Shown here one piece after another: positions 23,622-31,733 of a stretch of DNA of 32,000 nucleotides (its first letter is position 1; each line of letters opens with the position of its first letter). Source of the DNA: an uncultured archaeon (GTDB lineage: Archaea; Iainarchaeota; Iainarchaeia; Iainarchaeales; 0-14-0-20-30-16); the NCBI GenBank assembly GCA_964565725.1, contig CAZMGA010000001.1:17620-49619 (forward strand), in the 5' to 3' direction. The notes beneath the pieces are model-generated. The model did no database searches. It was given only the letters and a program-made list of their open reading frames with translations, and had not been told where the DNA came from. Position numbers and translations under genes: made by a program.

Positions 23622-24116
23622 ATGGTTGAAAATTATTTAACTATTGGAGCATATCATAAAAGGTATAATACGGGACCTGCTTTGATAAGTAGTTTTGTTT
23701 TTTACTGTGGTTATAATTTACCTTCTATAATGGAAGAGGCTAATTTAATTCAAGTTATAAAAGTACCTAAAAAATTAGAAACTGTTTTATTAAATAATTT
23801 AAAAAATCAACATACTAAATTAGGTTATATTAAATACGATATAAATGGATCTTCTGCATCAAGTATTCATTATTTTCCTAGAGATGAAGTGCCTCAAATA
23901 AGAGGTTATGGATTAGGATCTTTATTAGAGTTAGTAGCTACCAATAATTTAAAAAAAATGGGTATAACATATATTAAATCTACATCTAGAGCCTCAGTAA
24001 CAAGATCAAAACTAGTTTATAAAAAAATGGGGTTGGAAACAGGTAGAAAGTATGATATACATACTTGGATGAAAGGCGTAGGAAAAGCAATAAGAACTGC
24101 AAGGCATTTGAAATAA
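23622..24116 (+). CDS. Small GNAT-like protein, paralogue A of a tandem triplet
   Basis: IRGYGLGSLLELVATNNLKKMGI fits GNAT motif A (R-x-x-G-x-G followed by a helix). KLVYKKMGLE is motif-B-like. Conserved N-terminal NYLTIGAY and a basic tail WMKGVGKAIRTARHLK. Confidence 0.6.
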   Translation: MVENYLTIGAYHKRYNTGPALISSFVFYCGYNLPSIMEEANLIQVIKVPKKLETVLLNNLKNQHTKLGYIKYDINGSSASSIHYFPRDEVPQIRGYGLGSLLELVATNNLKKMGITYIKSTSRASVTRSKLVYKKMGLETGRKYDIHTWMKGVGKAIRTARHLK

Positions 24117-24167
24117 TGTTTTTTAAATCAATAAAAATATAAAAATAGCTTTATATATATATTAATT

Positions 24168-24683
24168 ATGGTTAAAAATTATATAGTCATTGGAACATAT
24201 TTTGCTTTTGAACCTACATTTAAAAAATTTATTTATCAATTTGTTTCAGGATTTGATTTGCCACAAACATATTATGCAGGAGATTTAGATTTTAAATTAA
24301 AGAAAATAGTAAAAATACCTATAAAATATAGATCCTTTTTTTTAGAGCAATATAAACACAAACCCAAATTCATTGGAAGTATAGTATATTCTCTAATTGG
24401 AGATAAACGAGTTGTAAGTACAGAATATTATCCAAAAGTATATATTAGAGAAGATACAAGGGGTTCAGGTTTAGGTAGTTTTTTGGAATTATTAGCATTA
24501 CAACATTTAAAAAAATCAGGGTTTGTTAGTGTTCAAACAACTATGGAGCCTTCAGAAAAACGACAAAAACAAGTTGAAAAAGCAAACTTAAAAAAAGACA
24601 CACCTTATTCACCAGAAAAATGGCAAAGGGGTATTGCGAGTGTTGTTAGAAAAGGTAGACCAATAAAAATAAACAGAAAATAA
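24168..24683 (+). CDS. Small GNAT-like protein, paralogue B (most divergent)
   Basis: TRGSGLGSFLELLALQHLKKSGF, N-terminal NYIVIGTY, tail WQRGIASVVRKGRPIKINRK. The start context TTAATTATGGTTAAAAATTAT is nearly identical to paralogue A. Confidence 0.6.
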   Translation: MVKNYIVIGTYFAFEPTFKKFIYQFVSGFDLPQTYYAGDLDFKLKKIVKIPIKYRSFFLEQYKHKPKFIGSIVYSLIGDKRVVSTEYYPKVYIREDTRGSGLGSFLELLALQHLKKSGFVSVQTTMEPSEKRQKQVEKANLKKDTPYSPEKWQRGIASVVRKGRPIKINRK

Positions 24684-24722
24684 TTAATGATAAATATAAA
24701 AAATAATTTGCATTATTTATTT

Positions 24723-25217
24723 ATGAATGAAAATCAAATTTATATAGGGGCATATCAAACTCAAAGAGATAACTTAATTATTTTTAGATTTTATTTTGGT
24801 CAAAATTTACCTCAAGATCTTTATGGAGAAAAATTAGTGCAATCTATAAGAGTTCCAACGAGAGTAAAACATTTATTTAATTCAAATATTCAAGAATCTG
24901 TTTTGCCTATAGGTTATATTAAATATGCTATAAATAATAAAACTGTGGCGCGAAGTCAATATTATTATCCTTTAAATAATTTTTTGCATGAAAGAGGTTA
25001 TGGTTTAGGCTCTTTGTTAGAATTATTAGCTGTTAATAATTTAAAAAAAATGGGTATTAAGCATTTAATGTCTACTGCAGAAGCATCAAAAAGCAGAAGA
25101 GAACAATTAAAAAAAATGGGTTTTAAAATAGAAGCTGCTTATGGAATAAAAGAATGGCAAAAAGGGGTTGGCAAAGCAATAAGGACTGCCAGTAAGTTTA
25201 AGTCCAAACATTTATAA
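24723..25217 (+). CDS. Small GNAT-like protein, paralogue C
   Basis: ERGYGLGSLLELLAVNNLKKMGI, GYIKYAIN, tail WQKGVGKAIRTASKFKSKHL. ATG at 24723 (MNENQIYIGAY) aligns with the A/B N-termini. The track start at 24687 adds 12 unmatched residues. Confidence 0.6.
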   Translation: MNENQIYIGAYQTQRDNLIIFRFYFGQNLPQDLYGEKLVQSIRVPTRVKHLFNSNIQESVLPIGYIKYAINNKTVARSQYYYPLNNFLHERGYGLGSLLELLAVNNLKKMGIKHLMSTAEASKSRREQLKKMGFKIEAAYGIKEWQKGVGKAIRTASKFKSKHL

Positions 25218-25282
25218 TAATCAAATTAATAAATAAAAAAAATAAAAACAAAAATAAAAAAATATTTTCATTTTTTATTATT

Positions 25283-27907
25283 TTATTTTTCTTCTTTTAA
25301 TGTTGCTTGTGCCGCTGCCAGTTTGGCAATAGGCACTCTATATGGTGAACAAGATACGTAATTTAAGCCCAATTTATGACAAAAATAAATACTTTCCGGA
25401 TCACCACCATGTTCTCCACAAATACCTAATTTTAAATCTGGCTTAATAAGTTTTGCTTTATCTATAGCAATCTTCATTAATTGCCCTACACCCGTTTGAT
25501 CTATACTTTGAAATGGGTCCCTTTCATATATATTCATATCAATATATTTTGGTAAGAATTTATTAGAATCGTCTCTACTTAAACCCAAAGTCATTTGTGT
25601 TAAATCATTAGTGCCAAAAGAAAAAAATTCTGCACTATTAACTATTTCATTAGACGTAATTGCGGCTCTTGGGATTTCAATCATTGTTCCAAACAAAAAA
25701 TCAATATTTGTTTTTTGTTCTTTCATTACTTCGTTTGCAACTTTAAAAGTTAATTCTTTTTGCAAATCTAACTCCTTTTTTATTCCTACAAAAGGAATCA
25801 TAATTTCTGGTTTAACATATATATTTTTTTTCTTACATTTTATAGCTGCTTCGATTATTGCGCGAATTTGCATTTCAGAAATTTCTGGAAATATAATTCC
25901 TAACCTACAACCTCTATGTCCCAACATAGGATTAAATTCATATAAACTTTCAATTTTCTTTTTTAAATCTACTGGAGATATATTTAACTCTCGCGCAATT
26001 TCTAAAATATCTGTTTCATCACGTGGTAAAAATTCGTGTAATGGAGGATCCAATAATCTTATAGTTACATTTTTTCCATTCATTACTTCAAATAAACCTA
26101 TGAAATCATTTCTTTGTATAGGCAACAATTTATTTAATGCCTTTTTTCTTCTTTCTAAACTTTCAGATAAAATCATTTCTCTTACAGCCTTAATTCTGGA
26201 ATCTTCAAAAAACATGTGTTCTGTTCTACACAAACCTATTCCTTCTGCGCCAAATTTTATTGCTATTTGTGCGTCTTTGGGTGTATCTGCATTAGTTCTT
26301 ACTTTTAATTTTTTATATCTATCTGCCCATTCCATTATCTTTGAAAATGATTCAGAAAAATTAGGATCTACAACATTTAATTTACCTTCAAAAACTTCTC
26401 CTGTTGAACCATCTAATGTTATATAATCTCCTTCTTTAAAAATTTTATTATTTATTTTTAAAATTCTATTATATTCATCTACCAAAATATCTTGACAACC
26501 AGAAATACAACATTTTCCCATACCTCTAGCAACAACTGCTGCATGAGACGTCATTCCTCCTCTAGCAGTTAAAATACCTTGTGCTACATTCATACCTTTT
26601 ATATCTTCTGGACTTGTTTCTAATCTTACTAATACAACTTTTTTTCCTTTTTCTACTAATTCTACCGCGTGGTTTGCTTCAAACACTATTTCTCCTACTG
26701 CTACACCGGGTGATGCAGGTAAACCTTTAGTTAAAAGTATGGTATTTTTTTTAGAATTTTCGTCCAAAGTTTTGTGTAATAATTGATTTAAAGATAAAGC
26801 ATCAATTCTTAATAATGCATCTTTTTCAGTAATCAAGTTTTCATTAACCATATCCACAGCAATTTTTACTGCTGCCTGCGCAGTTCTTTTTCCATTTCTT
26901 GTTTGTAACATATACAATTTTTCATTTTGTATTGTAAATTCCATATCTTGCATATCTTTAAAATGTAATTCTAATTTTTTATATGTTTTTACTAATTCTT
27001 CATATACTTTGGGCATTTTATTTTTTAGTTCTGCAATAGGTAAGGGGGTTCTTATACCTGCTACGACATCTTCTCCTTGTGCATTATATAAAAATTCACC
27101 ATAAAATGTATTTTCTCCTGTACTTGGATTTCGAGAAAAACAAACACCTGTTCCAGACGTTTCACCCATATTTCCAAAAACCATTGTTTGAATATTTACG
27201 GCAGTGCCTAACAGTCCAGTTATATTATTCAATTTTCTATAAATTACTGCACGTTCATTATTCCAAGATTTAAATACAGCATTAATTGCTAATTTTAATT
27301 GTTCGTAGGGATCTTGTGGAAATTCTTTTCCTGATCTTTCTTTAATAATTTGTTTATATTTTTCAATTACTTTTTTTAAATCATTTTCATTTAATTCTGT
27401 ATCTAATTTTATCCCTTTTTTATTCTTTATTTTTTGCAAAATATTTTCAAATTCAAAATGCGGGACATTCATATCTATGTCTCCAAACATTTGTATAAAT
27501 CTTCTATAAGAATCATATGCAAATCTTTCATTGTTGGTTTTTTTTGCTAAAGCTTTAACTGTTTTATCATTTAAACCCAAATTTAAAACTGTATCCATCA
27601 TGCCTGGTAAAGATGCTGCGGCCCCAGACCTTACTGAAACTAATAGAGGGTTTTCTTCAGAGCCTAATTTTGAATTCATCTCTTTTTCTAATTCTCCTAA
27701 AGCTGTTTTTAATTGTGTTTCTAATTCTTCTGGCCATTTATTGTTAGTTATATAATATGCACATGTTTCCGTTGTTATTGTAAATCCTGAGGGTACAGGT
27801 ATGTTTAAATTTTTCATTTCTGCTAAATTTGCTCCTTTTCCACCTAATAAATTTTTCATATCTTTGTTTCCTTCTTTAAAATTATAAATATATTTTTTTT
27901 GATTCAT
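25283..27907 (-). CDS. ppdK: Pyruvate, phosphate dikinase (PPDK)
   Basis: LGGKGANLAEM, GGMTSHAAVVARGMGKCCISG (phospho-His), FFSFGTNDLTQMTLGLSRDD, ICGEHGGDPESI. 874 aa. GAGGTG ribosome-binding site before the ATG. Confidence 0.95.
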   Translation of the reverse strand: MNQKKYIYNFKEGNKDMKNLLGGKGANLAEMKNLNIPVPSGFTITTETCAYYITNNKWPEELETQLKTALGELEKEMNSKLGSEENPLLVSVRSGAAASLPGMMDTVLNLGLNDKTVKALAKKTNNERFAYDSYRRFIQMFGDIDMNVPHFEFENILQKIKNKKGIKLDTELNENDLKKVIEKYKQIIKERSGKEFPQDPYEQLKLAINAVFKSWNNERAVIYRKLNNITGLLGTAVNIQTMVFGNMGETSGTGVCFSRNPSTGENTFYGEFLYNAQGEDVVAGIRTPLPIAELKNKMPKVYEELVKTYKKLELHFKDMQDMEFTIQNEKLYMLQTRNGKRTAQAAVKIAVDMVNENLITEKDALLRIDALSLNQLLHKTLDENSKKNTILLTKGLPASPGVAVGEIVFEANHAVELVEKGKKVVLVRLETSPEDIKGMNVAQGILTARGGMTSHAAVVARGMGKCCISGCQDILVDEYNRILKINNKIFKEGDYITLDGSTGEVFEGKLNVVDPNFSESFSKIMEWADRYKKLKVRTNADTPKDAQIAIKFGAEGIGLCRTEHMFFEDSRIKAVREMILSESLERRKKALNKLLPIQRNDFIGLFEVMNGKNVTIRLLDPPLHEFLPRDETDILEIARELNISPVDLKKKIESLYEFNPMLGHRGCRLGIIFPEISEMQIRAIIEAAIKCKKKNIYVKPEIMIPFVGIKKELDLQKELTFKVANEVMKEQKTNIDFLFGTMIEIPRAAITSNEIVNSAEFFSFGTNDLTQMTLGLSRDDSNKFLPKYIDMNIYERDPFQSIDQTGVGQLMKIAIDKAKLIKPDLKLGICGEHGGDPESIYFCHKLGLNYVSCSPYRVPIAKLAAAQATLKEEK

Positions 27908-28000
27908 TTAAACACCTCTTAATAACAAATCACAAATAGATTTTTTCAAATTGAAAATTAGTAATAAAATAAATTAAAAAAAAATATAAATCTGTTCTAT

Positions 28001-29173
28001 TTAAAACCATTTTAGTTTTCTTCCAAAAATAAATAATAATATACAAATTAAACTTAAAATTGCTCCAAAAATAAAAGTATAACTTGGATTTATATCCCAT
28101 AAATAACCAGAAATTAAACCACCAGGAATTGCTGATAAACCAAAAAAAGTATTCCATGCGCCAATACCCGTGGCATTATATTCTTTATCACATAAATCGG
28201 CAACAAATGCTTTTTGTTGACTTTGTAAAATTGCGTAAATTAATCCATAAATAATAAAAGAAATAATAATTATTATAAAATTTTTAAATATGGCTAAAAA
28301 TATGGATAAGCCCAAAAATAAAATATATCCCAAAAGAATTATTTTTGATTTTCCAACTTTATCTGATAAAATGCCAAAAGGTACAGAAAACCCGGCATAA
28401 AATATATTAAAAAGAATATATAAAATTAAAGGTCCTATTATAGCCCATTGTATTGGTAAATTTGCTTGTGCTTTCAAAATTAAAAACACATATCCAAAAT
28501 TAGCTATAGAATAAAAACAAGATACAAAAATAAATAACCAAACACTTTTAGGTATTTTTTTTAATGTGTAAAACAATTTAGTATTTTGCTTTTCTTTTTG
28601 TATGTCTTTAACAAAAGAAACAGGAATTAAAGATACAAAAATTATTGCTGAAGCTATTAATATTAATGTTTTAAAACTTAAATTTAATGTATCGTACAAT
28701 ATAAAAACTAAAACAGAACCAAGTATACCTCCAGCAGTATCTAAAGATTTGTGTATTGCAAAAGCTTTGCTTCTAGAAAGGCCAGATTCGGAAATTATTG
28801 CATCTCTTGGAGCTTCTCTAACTCCTTTACCAATTCTTTCTGAAGTTGAAAAAATTAAAGCAAAAACCCAAGTAGAAGAAAATGCCAAAAATAATTTTGA
28901 AAATCCTGAAAAGAAATATCCAAAAACAATAAATGGTTTTCTTTTACCCACTCTATCTGCTAAATATCCTGCAAACACTTGTAAAATTCTTCCAATTCCT
29001 TCTCTTAATCCGGAAATAATTCCTATTATTGTGCCTGGCGCTCCTAAGGATAACAAAAATAAAGGCAAAATTGGATTTAAAATTTCTCCACCTATGTCAT
29101 TAAAAAAACTAGTTAAACCTAAAAACCAAACATTTTTTGGAGTTTTAATTTTATTTTCATTTTTATTGTCCAT
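28001..29173 (-). CDS. Major facilitator superfamily transporter
   Basis: About 12 hydrophobic segments. MFS loop motif GYLADRVGKRKPF between TM2 and TM3. Confidence 0.85.
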   Translation of the reverse strand: MDNKNENKIKTPKNVWFLGLTSFFNDIGGEILNPILPLFLLSLGAPGTIIGIISGLREGIGRILQVFAGYLADRVGKRKPFIVFGYFFSGFSKLFLAFSSTWVFALIFSTSERIGKGVREAPRDAIISESGLSRSKAFAIHKSLDTAGGILGSVLVFILYDTLNLSFKTLILIASAIIFVSLIPVSFVKDIQKEKQNTKLFYTLKKIPKSVWLFIFVSCFYSIANFGYVFLILKAQANLPIQWAIIGPLILYILFNIFYAGFSVPFGILSDKVGKSKIILLGYILFLGLSIFLAIFKNFIIIIISFIIYGLIYAILQSQQKAFVADLCDKEYNATGIGAWNTFFGLSAIPGGLISGYLWDINPSYTFIFGAILSLICILLFIFGRKLKWF

Positions 29174-29256
29174 AACTTTAATATATTTTTTACTTTATAA
29201 AACTATGTTTTTGCAATACATTTATATATATTTATAAGTTATATCTTTAAAGAAAG

Positions 29257-30606
29257 GTGATTGTTTTGAGTGTTAAAGGTTTGAAAAAAGGTCAAGATAA
29301 AAAAGAAATTAAAAGTTTAAAAAAAACAGATGAAAAAATTATTGAAAAAATAAATAAATCTGATGAAAAGAATCAAAAGAAAAGAGAAGAAATAATTAAA
29401 GATGTAAAAAAAGTTAAAAAATCAAAAGATAAAATTAAAAAAGACTTAAAAGAGACTCAAGAAAAAGTAGAAGAGCTAGAAAAATTAGTAAAAGTAAAAA
29501 ATCCCAAAAAAGTTAAAAAAATATCTAAGAAAAAAGTATCAAAAAATCCCAAAAAATCCCAAAAACCAAAAATTATTGAAAAAACTATCATTATTGAAAA
29601 ACCCGTAAAAAAAGTAGTTGTGAAAAAAAAACCAGCACAGAAAACAAAAATTATTGAAAAAATAGTTTTAGAAAAACCAGAAGATATTAAAAAAGATTTA
29701 GAAATTATTAAGGCAGAATTAAAAAAGAAATCTGCAAAGCCTTCTAAAAAGAAGAAATTAAACAAAAAGTCTAAAAAACCTAAAAAGACAAAAATCCTTG
29801 AAAAAACAATCATTGTAGAGAAACCAGTAAAAACAAAAAAAATTAAAAAAAAGAAAGTTCAAGAGTCTAAAAAACCAGTTAAGAAAATAGCAAAAAAAAT
29901 TTCTCCAAAAATAATAAAAGAAAAAACCAAAGATAAAAAAGAAAAAATATTAAAAAGTGATTTAAAAAAATTAGAAAAAGAATTAGAAAAAACCAAAAAA
30001 AGATTAAAAAAGAAAAACAAGTTATTTACAAAAACATTACAAAAATTAAAAGTTGCAAATACATCTAAAGATTTGGAATTTATATTAAAAGAAGTTCAAA
30101 ATGAAAATGATTATTTAAAAAAAATGACTGATTCAATAAACTTAAAAAACAAAAGTTTAGAATTTGAAATTACAAATTATCAATGTATGTTGGACAAATT
30201 AAAAAAAGAAATTAATCAAAAAGAAACTGTATTAGATTTAATGCAAAAAGAAGAGGTTGTATTGAAGGGTTTAATACAAACCAATGTAGATAAAATAAAA
30301 GTAAGATGGTTAGGTAAACCCGAAGGTGGAATTTTAGAAGATATAGATTTGACCTTAATTAATAATAGTTCTGATAAAATAAAAAATTTGGGTATGGAGT
30401 TAATTGTTAGAAAAGATTATGAAGTTGTTTTTAAAAATTCTAAGTTAATTTTAAAAAGAGAATTCATGCCTAAGGAAAAAGTTAATTATAAACTTCATAT
30501 GTTCAAATATTTAAAACAAAAAGGAGAGTATGATTTTGAATTTAGAACTTATACTATTAGTCCTAATAGAGATTTTGGAACCGTTACAAAAACAATACAC
30601 TTATAA
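29257..30606 (+). CDS. Lysine-rich repeat / coiled-coil protein with a C-terminal beta-rich domain (hypothetical; possible nucleic-acid-binding or structural protein)
   Basis: The N-terminal ~250 aa is very K-rich, with NPKK/KKPKK/KPSKKKK motifs and three copies of K-I-[IL]-E-K-x-I-x-x-E-K-P (nt 29569, 29647, 29791). The middle is a heptad-like coiled coil. The last ~110 aa is non-repetitive. The track start is GTG 29257. TTG 29266, 4 nt after GGTGAT, may be the real start. Confidence 0.7.
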   Translation: MIVLSVKGLKKGQDKKEIKSLKKTDEKIIEKINKSDEKNQKKREEIIKDVKKVKKSKDKIKKDLKETQEKVEELEKLVKVKNPKKVKKISKKKVSKNPKKSQKPKIIEKTIIIEKPVKKVVVKKKPAQKTKIIEKIVLEKPEDIKKDLEIIKAELKKKSAKPSKKKKLNKKSKKPKKTKILEKTIIVEKPVKTKKIKKKKVQESKKPVKKIAKKISPKIIKEKTKDKKEKILKSDLKKLEKELEKTKKRLKKKNKLFTKTLQKLKVANTSKDLEFILKEVQNENDYLKKMTDSINLKNKSLEFEITNYQCMLDKLKKEINQKETVLDLMQKEEVVLKGLIQTNVDKIKVRWLGKPEGGILEDIDLTLINNSSDKIKNLGMELIVRKDYEVVFKNSKLILKREFMPKEKVNYKLHMFKYLKQKGEYDFEFRTYTISPNRDFGTVTKTIHL

Positions 30607-30658
30607 ATAAGTTTATGATATATAATTTAACAAACTGGGATATTTTCGGAGGGGTACT

Positions 30659-31012
30659 ATGTCAATCATAGATAAAATTGTTAAAAAATCAAATAAAGAT
30701 TCTGTAGATGTAGAAGAATTCTTAAATGCAATAGATGCACAAGAAGAGCCAGTAGATGATGCTGATGCATATGTAAAACCTATGAATTTAACACCTACTA
30801 CTGATTTAAAAAGTATAGCTAAAGAATTAAAAGATGGTAATACTGTTTTATTAGATATTGCAGAATTAATAAAAAGAAATCCTGTTAAATTAAAGGAAGC
30901 TGTAAGTAAATTAAAAAGATTTATTGAAGAAATAGATGGAGATTTAGCTAGAATTTCCGAAGAAAAATTAATATTAACTCCTGCAAGAATAAAAATTGTT
31001 AAAAAAGCATAG
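30659..31012 (+). CDS. sepF: Archaeal SepF-like cell division protein (DUF552 family)
   Basis: 117 aa. N-terminal amphipathic MSIIDKIVKK, acidic linker, then YVKPMNLTPTTDLKSIAKELKDGNTVLLDIAELIKRNPVKLKEAVSKLKRFIEEIDGDLARISEEKLILTP matches the SepF core pattern. GGAGGGG ribosome-binding site. Confidence 0.8.
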   Translation: MSIIDKIVKKSNKDSVDVEEFLNAIDAQEEPVDDADAYVKPMNLTPTTDLKSIAKELKDGNTVLLDIAELIKRNPVKLKEAVSKLKRFIEEIDGDLARISEEKLILTPARIKIVKKA

Positions 31013-31034
31013 GGTGTTTTAATATTAACGAACC

Positions 31035-31052
31035 AAAAGGCGTTCCTTTTTT
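31035..31052 (+). terminator. Hairpin plus T-tract after sepF (candidate terminator, but inside an open frame)
   Basis: AAAAGG-CGTT-CCTTTT stem-loop, with the T run extending to 6 T (31047-31052). Confidence 0.3.
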
Positions 31053-31185
31053 AGTCTCTGGAGATGACATCTCCGAGATCATTGCTTCTTTTTTTAATTA
31101 TACTTGTGAAGTAGATTATGATTTATATTACAAACCATATTGGTTTTTTGAAATTCATTTAGGTTTAGAAAAACATTTTGGTGCA

Positions 31186-31716
31186 TTGAATGCTAACGAT
31201 TCTATAATGGTTATTGATAAACCAGAATTTTCAGAAATAAAAAATTTAGTTGCAAAACCATTTAGTGAATTAAATTTAGGTAGAAATGTTGGTTTTGAAA
31301 GTAAAAATTTATTATTTGCAAAAATTCATGATAAAGATGAAGCAGAAAAAATAATTAATTATAAATCTCAATTTTTATTTGAAAATAAAAGTTTTATTAC
31401 TACCCAACCACATTTAATTAATATACCTATATGGGTTATGAAAGTTAAGAACAAAAATATAGAAGTTTGTGGAATAGATAAAAATCATGGAAAATTTTTA
31501 GCTTACGAACTAAATAAACTATTTCCCAAATCTGAACCTACACAGACAGATATTTTTTTTGATTCTGTAAATATAGTTAGAAAACCTAAAAGGCTAGTTT
31601 TTAATGTCTGGAAATATTTAAAAAAAACAAACAAATTTTTATTAACCATAGCAATCCTTTTAATAGTTTGTATTATTATTTTTATAATTAAAAAAATATT
31701 AATTATAATTAAATAA
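31186..31716 (+). CDS. Hypothetical C-terminally membrane-anchored protein (the true start is probably upstream of 31186)
   Basis: C-terminal TM FLLTIAILLIVCIIIFIIKKILIII. The same frame stays open back to 31003 and encodes protein-like sequence (DDISEIIASFFNYTCEVDYDLYYKPYWFFEIHLG...) with no in-frame ATG/GTG/TTG before the TTG at 31186. Confidence 0.6.
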   Translation: MNANDSIMVIDKPEFSEIKNLVAKPFSELNLGRNVGFESKNLLFAKIHDKDEAEKIINYKSQFLFENKSFITTQPHLINIPIWVMKVKNKNIEVCGIDKNHGKFLAYELNKLFPKSEPTQTDIFFDSVNIVRKPKRLVFNVWKYLKKTNKFLLTIAILLIVCIIIFIIKKILIIIK

Positions 31717-31733
31717 TATATTAAGGGATATTT

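Noticed and set aside
25611-26426. A 271-codon ORF on the plus strand, antisense to PPDK. It is strikingly long for AT-rich DNA.
   Set aside because: In this antisense register a stop arises only where a sense Tyr codon follows a codon ending in T or C, or a His/Gln codon follows a T-ending codon. The PPDK codons preceding Tyr/His/Gln here end in A or G, so the frame stays open passively. The product is F/S/I/L-rich shadow sequence with no motifs.
28602-29237. A 211-aa plus-strand ORF overlapping the MFS transporter gene.
   Set aside because: It is antisense shadow of a clearly recognisable MFS gene (12 TM segments, GYLADRVGKRKPF loop). Its composition is typical of antisense translation.
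29500-29900. Repetitive A-rich DNA (AAAAAATCCCAAAAAA and ATTATTGAAAAAA units) that could be mistaken for a tandem repeat or CRISPR-like array.
   Set aside because: The repeats are in-frame, irregularly spaced and translate into the lysine-rich repeat protein. There is no repeat-spacer periodicity.
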